A stretch of 64,000 nucleotides of DNA from a bacterium (GTDB lineage: Bacteria; Electryoneota; Electryoneia; Electryoneales; Electryoneaceae). The notes under the pieces are model-generated. The model ran no database searches. It was not told the origin of the DNA and saw only the letters and a program-made list of their open reading frames with translations. Positions 21,103 to 28,868 of this stretch are shown here, in pieces (position 1 is the stretch's first letter; each line of letters begins with the position of its first letter). A program made the position numbers and the translations under genes. Location of the stretch: contig OY769902.1 of assembly GCA_963669175.1 (NCBI GenBank), forward strand, positions 3,136,001 to 3,200,000, read 5' to 3'.

Positions 21103-21130
21103 GAGGACCGATCCATGTGAATCGGTCCAC
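21103..21130. repeat. 28 bp hairpin, minimal derivative of the GTGGAC-ended MITE family
   Basis: GAGGACCGATCCATGTGAATCGGTCCAC; last 22 bp match the right TIR of the 45.9 kb element at 19/22. Confidence 0.6.
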
Positions 21131-21183
21131 GAGCGTGACGATTCGCGTGGATTGATCCACAGGAAAGCCCAACGAAAACAACC

Positions 21184-21215
21184 AACCGGCGATGTCATTT
21201 GATATCGCCGGTTTT
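21184..21215 (+). terminator. Intrinsic terminator after C25 paralogue 2
   Basis: AACCGGCGATGTC-ATTT-GATATCGCCGGTT hairpin plus T residues. Confidence 0.65.
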
Positions 21216-21236
21216 CCATGCCTGGGCTGGGATCTG

Positions 21237-21300
21237 CTGAATCCGTCGGCGAACTCGCGTGGCCCGACTTATGCGCCGAGGCGTACTGCTTGCTGGCGGG
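21237..21300 (+). repeat. GTGG-type REP copy with flanking sequence and an 18 bp inserted hairpin
   Basis: CTGAATCCGTCGGCGAACTCGCGTGGCCCGAC[18 bp]TGCTTGCTGGCGGG aligns with 23027-23072. Confidence 0.75.
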
Positions 21301-21391
21301 TTCCTGGTCAGATGTCATTCCGCGATACAGTGATATAATGAGGGATCAAATGAATATCTCGCATTACTACTGAAGGATTATATCTCTAAGT

Positions 21392-21460
21392 AAAATAGAC
21401 CACCGCCGGGCAGCCGCCTACGCTTCGCTTCGGCGTGCTTCAAGCCGGCGGGGCCAAATA
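21392..21460. repeat. Dispersed palindromic repeat, copy 1 (inverted copy at 25595-25660)
   Basis: AAAATA..CCGCCGG.CAGCC..GTGCTTCAAGCCGGCGGGGCCAA shared with the reverse complement of 25595-25660. Confidence 0.8.
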
Positions 21461-21462
21461 AG

Positions 21463-21654
21463 TCAACTGGCTATTGCATCTTCAGCATACTGAAATACAG
21501 GGCAAAGCTGTGTGCATAATCCGCAATTCATACAATTGTCCTGGTTTATAGTCGGTACTCCGAAACCAACCTGAATGATTGCATTGGTTGGACAGGCATT
21601 TATCACCGGACATGGGTGATTATGTGGGCACATGTGTTTCAGGACGTGAATCAT
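21463..21654 (-). CDS. Small 4Fe-4S dicluster (ferredoxin-like) protein, 63 aa
   Basis: GGAGG RBS; CPHNHPCPVINACP and CMNCGLCTQLCP motifs. Confidence 0.85.
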   Translation of the reverse strand: MIHVLKHMCPHNHPCPVINACPTNAIIQVGFGVPTINQDNCMNCGLCTQLCPVFQYAEDAIAS

Positions 21655-21884
21655 GGTATGGTATCCTCCCGTGAGTTTAACCGTTTTCAAGCGTTGGATG
21701 CGAGAACAGGCGGTTCGATGCTTTTGGGAGGAACGGGGAGGCAAAGTAAGGATGAACAAGAGTTTGGCTAATGAAACTTCTTTCGAGTTTAACCGGTCAT
21801 TTTTATCTGCCAGGTTTTGGTATGTTAGTGGTCTGTCCGTTTTAGCCTGCTTCAGCAGGCTCTTCTTAGCACCCGGCTTTAGCC

Positions 21885-22280
21885 CTGTCTCTTACCCACA
21901 TCTTCTGAAAGCTGTATCAGTAAAAGAGTTGTGGACATAGCATTTTTAGAATCCCGGCGGGATTCCCTATTTTAGCATAGTGTACAGGCCGTCTGTTTGG
22001 CCTGTACACTATGTCAGGTATTCTAACGAATAATCAACCCTGGAAGGGTTGCATAATACGCGATTCATATTAGTACGTTCAATAAATACAGGAAATAACG
22101 CATTTTATATTCTATACAAACCAATTGGGTGTAAATTATACGTTATGCAACCCTTCCAGGGTTGAGATAAGGTTTGATCTTTTTCGTAGGGTAGACGCTA
22201 AACAGACAGCGTCAACCCTACGCTAAAATATACCACCCCCTCTGGGGTGGCAGAAACACGAAGATGTGAGCAAGAGACAG
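21885..22280. mobile_element. 396 bp MITE with IS50/Tn5-like 19 bp ends and a 10 bp target duplication
   Basis: Left CTGTCTCTTACCCACATCT; right reverse complement CTGTCTCTTGCTCACATCT; GGCTTTAGCC at 21875-21884 and 22281-22290. Confidence 0.88.
21950..22250. repeat. Inner REP doublet carried inside the MITE
   Basis: 15 bp stem hairpins at 21976-22013 and 22185-22222; TCAACCCTGGAAGGGTTGCATAA inverted pair at about 22034-22056 and 22143-22165. Confidence 0.8.
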
Positions 22281-22545
22281 GGCTTTAGCCGGGGTGAATA
22301 GAACGTGTAATAATCAGGAGCGCGCTTTAGCGTGCTTTCCAGTACGTAAACTCTGCGTTGGTAAGCACCCTGAAGGGCGCTCAGTATTTTGTGGTATCTT
22401 CACACCTGGCTAAAGCCAGGTGCTAAGAGGGAGCAGGCTAAAGCCTGCTAAAATAATAGAAATAAAGTAAAGATGACAAATGATTTCACAAGCCTACAGC
22501 ATCAGTGAAATCGTCTCGCCATTGGGAGTTAGGAATAAAGTATAG

Positions 22546-22594
22546 ATGATAAATGATAAATGATAAATGATAAATGATAAATGATAAATGATAA
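22546..22594. repeat. Heptamer tandem repeat (ATGATAA) x7
   Basis: Seven perfect copies between two 43 bp direct repeats (22487-22529 and 22595-22637). Confidence 0.95.
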
Positions 22595-22601
22595 CACAAG
22601 G

Positions 22602-23489
22602 CTACAACATCAGTGAAATCGTCTCGCCATTGGGAGTGAGGGGGAGTTCGGGCATTTCCATGTATGGTTTCCCATCCAGCAACCGTCCCGCTTTTTTCTT
22701 GTTCAGCCCGCCCCATTGTTTGAAGAAGAAGGGGACGTTCTGTTCATGGCACTGATCACGGATGCTTCGAACCCAATCCGGTTGAATGACACGCGCCTGC
22801 GGGCCGGACTCGCCGCCCACGATCACCCAGTGGATATCCGTCAGGTTAAGGTTGTCGATAGGGCCGAGCAACGGTTCGATGGACAGGAAACGAATGGCAG
22901 CCGGTGTGCGTCGTAGATGCTCAATCCGCCAGGTATAATCACGGTTCTCCACACTGACACCCAACCAGATATGAGGTGGTACAGTATCTGGATCTGTTTG
23001 GCCCGACTGCTTGCTGTCGGGAACGCCTGAATCCCTCGAAGAACTCGTGTGGCCCGACTGCTTGCTGTCGGGAATTGCGGAATCTCGTAGCCCGTCCATG
23101 CCTGGACGGGGATCGGACAATACATCTTGATAAATCTGCGGAACCAATTCTTCCAACCGTTCCGCGCGCTTTGTCAGCACCTGGTAAACGTGACGATTGC
23201 ACTGTATCATTACCTCGAACACCCGCTTCACATACTCGTATGGGATGTCCTCGTGAAACAGGTCGTTCATGGAATTGACGAAAATGACCTGTGGTTTACG
23301 AAGGTGGAACGGCTCGCGCAGCACATCCTCATGGCAACGCACCGCAAACCCATCGGCGTACTTCTCCTGTCCCATGGCCTGTAAGCGTTTCGCCATCCGT
23401 TCAGCGTAACAATGTTTGCAGCCCGGGCTGATTTTGGTACACCCTGTAGTCGGGTTCCAGGTAGAAAATGTCCATTCGATTTTCGACAA
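22602..23489 (-). CDS. DUF5131 (phage Gp37/Gp68-like) protein with an in-frame REP-derived insertion
   Basis: SKIEWT..TWNPTTGCTKISPGCKHCYA, FVNSMNDLFH, LTKR, WLGVSVE, FLSIEPLLG, WVIVGGESG, FFFKQWGG; TTG start inferred from the family N-terminus. Confidence 0.92.
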   Translation of the reverse strand: MSKIEWTFSTWNPTTGCTKISPGCKHCYAERMAKRLQAMGQEKYADGFAVRCHEDVLREPFHLRKPQVIFVNSMNDLFHEDIPYEYVKRVFEVMIQCNRHVYQVLTKRAERLEELVPQIYQDVLSDPRPGMDGLRDSAIPDSKQSGHTSSSRDSGVPDSKQSGQTDPDTVPPHIWLGVSVENRDYTWRIEHLRRTPAAIRFLSIEPLLGPIDNLNLTDIHWVIVGGESGPQARVIQPDWVRSIRDQCHEQNVPFFFKQWGGLNKKKAGRLLDGKPYMEMPELPLTPNGETISLML

Positions 23490-23690
23490 AAAACTGTCCT
23501 TATGTATACTGAACAAAATAGCAGTTTGTGTATCAACCAATCAATACTTCTGTTACGGGGAGCCCCCCGGTTTTAATCAGTTGCCCCGGTAGGTTAAGGG
23601 CAATATATTGCCGCTTCGAAGGAGTTGTTTTTCCTCGCAGTAACCAGCAAAAAGTCAACACGTTGATAACTGAAGATCAAGGGGGCCATC

Positions 23691-25241
23691 ATGGCACTTT
23701 TACCATTCACGAACGAACCATTGACCGATTTCAGCATTCCCGAGAACAAGGCCGCGTTTGAAGCCGCTCTCGAGAAGGTGCGTGGCGATTTCAACAAGCA
23801 TTGGGATTTGTTGATTGGCGGCGAACGTGTCGCTTCCGATAAGAAGATCACCTCGTATGATCCGGCGAACCCGGAACAGGCCGTGGGCACTGTTGGCAAG
23901 GCCAACAAAGAGCAAGCCCAGATGGCGATTGACAAGGCCTACGAATACTATGAAGAATACTGGCGTTACACGGCACCGGAATTCCGTGCCCGTATCATCC
24001 TGAAGGCCGCGCATATGATGCGTGTGCGCAAGCATGAGTTCAGCGCCACGATGGTATACGAAGAATCGAAGAACTGGGTAGAAGCGGACGCCGATACCGC
24101 CGAAGCGATTGACTTCCTCGAGTTCTACGGTCGTGAAATGATGCGTCTCGGTGGCGCACAGCCGGTAGTCCCGTACGCCGGTGAAGAGAACAATCTGTAT
24201 TACCAGCCGTTGGGTGTTGGCGTTGTGATTCCGCCATGGAACTTCCCGTGCGCAATTATGGCCGGCATGACCACCGCATCATTGGTCACCGGTAACGCGA
24301 CAGTCCTGAAGCCGGCATCCACCGCTCCGGTGATTGCGGCCAAGTTTGTCGATCTGCTGCTGGAAGCCGGTATGCCCGCGAAGGCAGTCACTTTCTGCCC
24401 GGGCAGCGGCGGTGAAGTAGGCGATACCCTAGTCGGTCATCCCAAGACCCGTTTTATTGCCTTCACCGGTTCCAAGGAAGTCGGTCTTCATATTCACGAA
24501 CTGGCAGCCAAGACTCAGCCGGGCCAGATCTGGATCAAACGCACCATCCTGGAAATGGGTGGCAAGGATGCGTTGATCGTAGACGAAACGGCCAATCCGG
24601 ATTATTCGGCATTGCAGGCCGTCCTGGGCGCCTTCGGGTTCCAGGGCCAGAAGTGCAGCGCATGCAGCCGTCTGATCATCGACGCCAAGATTTATGATGA
24701 AGTCGTGGCGAAGGTCGTTGCGCTGACGAAGGAACTGAAGGTCGCGCATCCGGAATCCAACCCGAACATGGGCGCTGTGATTGATGGCGCTGCGTTTGAG
24801 AAGATCAAGGAATATATCGAGTTCGCCAAGCAGGACGGCAACAAGCTGGAATGCGGCGGTGGCACGATTGACGGCGGTTTCTTCGTCGAGCCGACTGTGT
24901 TCTCCGGTGTCAAGGAAAACGACAAGATCGCACAGGAAGAGATCTTCGGCCCGGTGCTGGCCTGCATCAAGGCGGACAACTACGAACATGCGGTGAAGAT
25001 CTTCAACGGCACCGAATTCGGTTTGACCGGTGGCTTGATTTCCAATGATCGTGAACGCCTCGAGCACGCACGTTATCACCTGCACGCCGGGAACCTGTAC
25101 CTGAACCGTAAGATCACGGGCGCCCTGGTTGCGGTGCAGCCGTTCGGTGGCTTCAACATGAGCGGTACCGACAGCAAGGCCGGGGGCCAGGATTACCTGA
25201 TGCTGTTCATGCAGGGCAAGTCCGTGACCGAACGCTGGTAG
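23691..25241 (+). CDS. pruA: L-glutamate gamma-semialdehyde (P5C) dehydrogenase
   Basis: PFTNEP, EADADTAEAIDFLEFY, PPWNFP, FTGSKEVG, LEMGGKD, AFGFQGQKCSACSR, QEEIFGP, QPFGGFNMSGTDSKAGG. Confidence 0.95.
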   Translation: MALLPFTNEPLTDFSIPENKAAFEAALEKVRGDFNKHWDLLIGGERVASDKKITSYDPANPEQAVGTVGKANKEQAQMAIDKAYEYYEEYWRYTAPEFRARIILKAAHMMRVRKHEFSATMVYEESKNWVEADADTAEAIDFLEFYGREMMRLGGAQPVVPYAGEENNLYYQPLGVGVVIPPWNFPCAIMAGMTTASLVTGNATVLKPASTAPVIAAKFVDLLLEAGMPAKAVTFCPGSGGEVGDTLVGHPKTRFIAFTGSKEVGLHIHELAAKTQPGQIWIKRTILEMGGKDALIVDETANPDYSALQAVLGAFGFQGQKCSACSRLIIDAKIYDEVVAKVVALTKELKVAHPESNPNMGAVIDGAAFEKIKEYIEFAKQDGNKLECGGGTIDGGFFVEPTVFSGVKENDKIAQEEIFGPVLACIKADNYEHAVKIFNGTEFGLTGGLISNDRERLEHARYHLHAGNLYLNRKITGALVAVQPFGGFNMSGTDSKAGGQDYLMLFMQGKSVTERW

Positions 25242-25257
25242 GTTCATTGCGAATTTG

Positions 25258-25371
25258 CCCCGGCCAGGCATGGCCGGGCTACACGCTAGGACAATTCAAG
25301 GGACAGACCTTCAGTGGTTTGTCCCTTTTTTCTAGTTTTCCGCTTCCCCCGGCCAGGCATGGCCGGGCTAC
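25258..25371 (-). repeat. Two GTAG-type REP copies
   Basis: CCCCGGCCAGGCATGGCCGGGCTAC at 25258-25282 and 25347-25371 (GTAG plus hairpin on the minus strand). Confidence 0.85.
25298..25331 (+). terminator. Intrinsic terminator after pruA
   Basis: AAGGGACAGACC-TTCAGT-GGTTTGTCCCTT plus T run. Confidence 0.8.
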
Positions 25372-25372
25372 G

Positions 25373-25432
25373 TATGTCATTCCCATTCTTATGTCATCCC
25401 ATTCTTATGTCATCCCATTCCTATGTCATCCC
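25373..25432. repeat. 16 bp tandem repeat (TATGTCATCCCATTCT), about 3.7 copies, running into a hairpin
   Basis: Directly visible; the last copy continues into the 25428-25464 hairpin. Confidence 0.85.
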
Positions 25433-25594
25433 CGAAACAGCGTTTGTTTGCTGTTATCGGGGATCTCGAGGATACTGTGCGAAAACTGCTTTTAACTGAT
25501 TAATTCCACGCAAAGACGCAAAGAATAAAGACATTAAGGCGCAAAGATGAAAAGATGAAAGACGCAAAGGTACAAGAGCGCAAATATGGATATG

Positions 25595-25660
25595 TATTGG
25601 CCCCGCCGGCTTGAAGCACACCGTAGCTTGCGAAGGTGGCTGTCCGGCGGGGTTTATTTT
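25595..25660. repeat. Dispersed palindromic repeat, copy 2 (inverted relative to 21392-21460)
   Basis: TATTGGCCCCGCCGGCTTGAAGCAC...CCGGCGGGGTTTATTTT. Confidence 0.8.
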
Positions 25661-25700
25661 AACGAGAGCGTCAGTCCTTCAGTAGTTTTTGTATGAGAAA

Positions 25701-25892
25701 CCCGACAGCAAGCAGTCGGGCCACGCAGTATATGGAAGAATCCCGACGCACTTATAGAGACTCGCCTGTTTTTCAGTACGGGAAAGCGTAGCCATTTTCG
25801 TTTTTAATCGTACAAATGGTTGCTGCGCATCGGGCCATACGATCTGTGGTAGTTGTATGAGAGAGAAACCCGACAGCATGCAGTCGGGCCAC
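25701..25892 (-). repeat. Two GTGG-type REP copies in direct repeat
   Basis: CCCGACAGCA(A/T)GCAGTCGGGCCAC at 25701-25724 and 25869-25892, each preceded by GTATGAGA. Confidence 0.85.
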
Positions 25893-26071
25893 GCGACAGA
25901 TGGATATCGCTTGCCGTTTGTATGGACTTATTAGTCCTTGATTGTTGCACCATAGGGGAGCTCACGGTTGACAGGGGAACTCTTTCGAGCTAACGTGCAG
26001 GTCACAGTACGTTGCTTTCTTCTGATGCGAGTAGCGAGACAAAGCAGGAAACGAGATCCCTTGAAGGGGAT

Positions 26072-26998
26072 ATGAGGAAACCCGTGGAAGACCGGAAAAC
26101 AGCGGATCATCTGGCACGCCGTGTAACGATAACAGGGTCTGTCCTGAATGCGCTCCTGGCAGTAACGAAGTTCTCCGCAGGTTGGTTTTTCAACAGTCGC
26201 GCCCTGATGGCGGATGCCGTTGATTCAACGACGGACCTGTTGACTGATGTCATTACCTTGATCGCCTATCCGCTCTCACGCAAACCCCTTGACAAGTCGC
26301 ATCCTTATGGACATGGTCGGATAGAATCACTCGCCTCCATGTTCGTTTCCGGATTCCTGATGCTGGCAGCTTCGCTGATTGCCTATAAAGCGATCAGTGC
26401 AATGATGTCAGGAGAAGTGAAAGTTCCGATGTGGCCGGCAGCGCTGGTGGCGATTGCTTCGCTGACGGTAAAAGAGTGGCTGTATCGTTGGACGAAACGC
26501 ATCGGTGAGAAGCTGCATTCACGTGTGCTTATCGCCAACGCCTGGAATCACCGGGGGGATGCATTTTCCTCGATTGCTGTGCTGATTGGTATTGTCGGAT
26601 CGATCTTTATTCCTGGCTTTCATTTTCTGGATTCAATTGCTTCGCTGGTGGTAGTGATCTTCATTTTCAGGGCCGGAGTGAAGATTTTTATTGATTCCAT
26701 GAATGACTTACTGGATAAATCGCAGGATCCTGAGCTCATTGGTGAGGTTCTCAAGCTCGCAGTGGCGGAGCCGGAAGTTGCTCATGCGCATCGAGGCCGG
26801 GCGCGTCGCTATGGACATCTGACCTGCATTGATCTTGATATCGAACTTCCGCCGGATATGACCGTACAAGAAGGGCATGAAGTGGCGCATCGAGTACAAA
26901 ACAAAATACTGGAAGCCTATGATTACGTAGGCGATGTGATCATCCACATCGAACCGGAAGGCGACCACGAAACAGGTGAAGGAAACATACGAATCTGA
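26072..26998 (+). CDS. Cation diffusion facilitator (FieF-like) transporter
   Basis: SRALMADAVDS, HPYGHGRIE, ANAWNHRGD, EGHEVAH..DVIIHIEP. Confidence 0.93.
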   Translation: MRKPVEDRKTADHLARRVTITGSVLNALLAVTKFSAGWFFNSRALMADAVDSTTDLLTDVITLIAYPLSRKPLDKSHPYGHGRIESLASMFVSGFLMLAASLIAYKAISAMMSGEVKVPMWPAALVAIASLTVKEWLYRWTKRIGEKLHSRVLIANAWNHRGDAFSSIAVLIGIVGSIFIPGFHFLDSIASLVVVIFIFRAGVKIFIDSMNDLLDKSQDPELIGEVLKLAVAEPEVAHAHRGRARRYGHLTCIDLDIELPPDMTVQEGHEVAHRVQNKILEAYDYVGDVIIHIEPEGDHETGEGNIRI

Positions 26999-27864
26999 TG
27001 GCTGACAACACGCATGCAGACGATAGGTTCCAGGATATACCGAAGGAATTCCTGGGAGACGGTACAGTTGGTGGGGAGATGGAAGCGCTGGTGGCGATCA
27101 TGGCACGGTTGCGTGCGCCGGACGGCTGTCCCTGGGATCACAAGCAGACCCATGAAAGCTTGCGTCCCTACATCCTGGAAGAGACCTATGAAGTTCTTGA
27201 GACAATCGATAAGGGCGATTACGATAACCTTGGTATCGAACTTGGCGATCTTTTGTTACAGATTGTCTTCCACGGTCAGATCGGCGCGGAGGCAGGACGT
27301 TTCACCATCGTTGACAGCATCCGTTCGATTCGTGAGAAACTGATCGAACGTCACCCGCATGTTTTCGGCGAGTTGAAACTGGAAACGGCTCAGGATGTAC
27401 GTGACAACTGGGAAAAGATCAAGCTGACCAATGGCAAGGAGCATGGGGAACGCAAGACTACGCTTGGCGGCGTGCCGGATGCATTGCCCGCATTGACCCG
27501 TGCCTTTCGTGTGCAGGAGAAAATGGGCGGGGTCGGTTTTGATTGGGAAAGCCCGGATGGCGCGCTTGAGAAGTTGAAAGAAGAGGTGGAAGAGACTAGC
27601 GAGGCGATCCTGTCACGTGATCCTGAAGCAGCCGAGGAAGAGATCGGCGATCTGTTGTTCAGTGTGGTCAATGCGGCGCGGTTGATGGGATTCGGGGCCG
27701 AGGAAGCCTTGAGAAAATCCATCAATAAAGTGATCAAACGATTCAACAGTATGGAAGCGATGGTGAACAATGACGGCCGTTTCCTCCCGGATATGAACCT
27801 TGATGAGATGGATGAGTACTGGGAGAAGGCCAAGAAGCTGGAAAAAGAGGGGAAGCTGAAGTGA
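26998..27864 (+). CDS. mazG: Nucleoside triphosphate pyrophosphohydrolase MazG
   Basis: LRAPDGCPWD..QTHESL..LEETYE, ELGDLLLQIVFH, RHPHVF, EEEIGDLLF. Confidence 0.96.
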   Translation: MADNTHADDRFQDIPKEFLGDGTVGGEMEALVAIMARLRAPDGCPWDHKQTHESLRPYILEETYEVLETIDKGDYDNLGIELGDLLLQIVFHGQIGAEAGRFTIVDSIRSIREKLIERHPHVFGELKLETAQDVRDNWEKIKLTNGKEHGERKTTLGGVPDALPALTRAFRVQEKMGGVGFDWESPDGALEKLKEEVEETSEAILSRDPEAAEEEIGDLLFSVVNAARLMGFGAEEALRKSINKVIKRFNSMEAMVNNDGRFLPDMNLDEMDEYWEKAKKLEKEGKLK

Positions 27865-28868
27865 GCCTGGTATTTGTCTTTCTTGATGGAGTCGGGTTCG
27901 GAACGAATGATCCTGCACGCAACCCCTGGGCCGGTGTGCAGAACGGTTCCCTGATAGCGGTTGATGGACGTGATCCGGGATATCCGGGCGCTCATTGGAA
28001 ACCGCTCGATGCCTGCCTTGGCATTGATGGCCTGCCGCAATCGGCAACCGGAACAACAGCGCTTTTGACCGGAGTAAATGCACCGGCCAAGCTTGGGCGT
28101 CACCTTTCCGGATTTCCCAACCAGGAACTGGTTGACATTATCAACGAAGCATCCATTCACAAGCAGGCTTCGGCCCGAGGCATCAAATCCACATTCGCCA
28201 ATGCTTACAACGAAGCCTATTTCCGTCGTCCGTCCGGGCGTCAATCGGTAACCACGCATGCCGTTCGAGCAGCGGGGCAGTCTTTTCGTATGATGGATCA
28301 GTATCGTGCCGGGGAGGCGGTCTTTCATGACCTTACCGGTGAATTGATTTTGACACAGGGAAACGGTGATAAACTATCAGCGCCCGGTTCTGTTGTTCCC
28401 AGGGATGTGGTTGAGCGCAGAAGTGAACTGGTGCTGCGTCACGCGAAAAAGTATATGGGTGATGGGGATACGTTTGCTGAACTGCTGGATGACAACGATA
28501 TCCCGATCATTACCCCGGAAGAGGGTGGGCAACGTATCGTTCGTCTGTCGAAATCGTACGATCTGGTTGTATTCGAATATGTGAAGACGGATATGGCCGG
28601 GCATTCGCAGAACAAGGCGTGGGCGGATTCTATCATCGATGAAGTGATGAGATTCCTGCATACGATCCTTGACGGGCTGGATCTTGAAAAGGATACGCTC
28701 CTGATCGGCAGCGATCATGGAAACAGTGAAGACCTTGAGGTACGAACACATACCCGTAATCCGGTTCCGGCAGTCGGAGTGGGAGTGCATGCGGAAAGCA
28801 TACTGAATGAGTCTGAAGCAATTACCGATCTGACGCCCTCGATACTGCGAGTATTGTCGAACCGGTAG
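27861..28868 (+). CDS. Alkaline-phosphatase-superfamily metalloenzyme (phosphoglycerate mutase/phosphopentomutase-like)
   Basis: FLDGVG, GLPQSATG, TDMAGH, SDHGNSE..HTRNPVP. Confidence 0.85.
   Translation: MSLVFVFLDGVGFGTNDPARNPWAGVQNGSLIAVDGRDPGYPGAHWKPLDACLGIDGLPQSATGTTALLTGVNAPAKLGRHLSGFPNQELVDIINEASIHKQASARGIKSTFANAYNEAYFRRPSGRQSVTTHAVRAAGQSFRMMDQYRAGEAVFHDLTGELILTQGNGDKLSAPGSVVPRDVVERRSELVLRHAKKYMGDGDTFAELLDDNDIPIITPEEGGQRIVRLSKSYDLVVFEYVKTDMAGHSQNKAWADSIIDEVMRFLHTILDGLDLEKDTLLIGSDHGNSEDLEVRTHTRNPVPAVGVGVHAESILNESEAITDLTPSILRVLSNR

Larger units (their letters stand above)
21841..22453. repeat. Outer REP doublet (GGCTTTAGCC family) interrupted by a MITE
   Basis: TTTAGCCTGCTTCAGCAGGCTCTTCTTAGCACCCGGCTTTAGCC at the left is an inverted homologue of GGCTAAAGCCAGGTGCTAAGAGGGAGCAGGCTAAAGCCTGCTAAA at the right. 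Confidence 0.8.

Noticed and set aside
21885-22280. Nextera/Tn5 adapter contamination
   Set aside because: Both ends differ from the mosaic end at 2-3 central bases, they form an inverted pair, they are flanked by a target duplication, and no adapter tail follows
22487-22637. CRISPR array, or DGR template/variable repeat pair (also considered for 57214-57557)
   Set aside because: Only two repeats, a heptamer array as spacer, differences not confined to adenines, and no cas or reverse transcriptase gene in the window
22602-23489. Prophage remnant suggested by the Gp37/Gp68 name
   Set aside because: No integrase, structural or other phage gene nearby; this family often occurs alone
24429-25271. 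Long antisense ORFs (also 27390-28328, 11368-12222, 7620-8366, 20406-21185)
   Set aside because: Shadows of well-supported genes on the opposite strand, with no recognisable motifs
25505-25585. c-di-GMP riboswitch suggested by GCAAA motifs
   Set aside because: Loose (G)CGCAAAG short repeats with no paired stems and no adjacent downstream gene start
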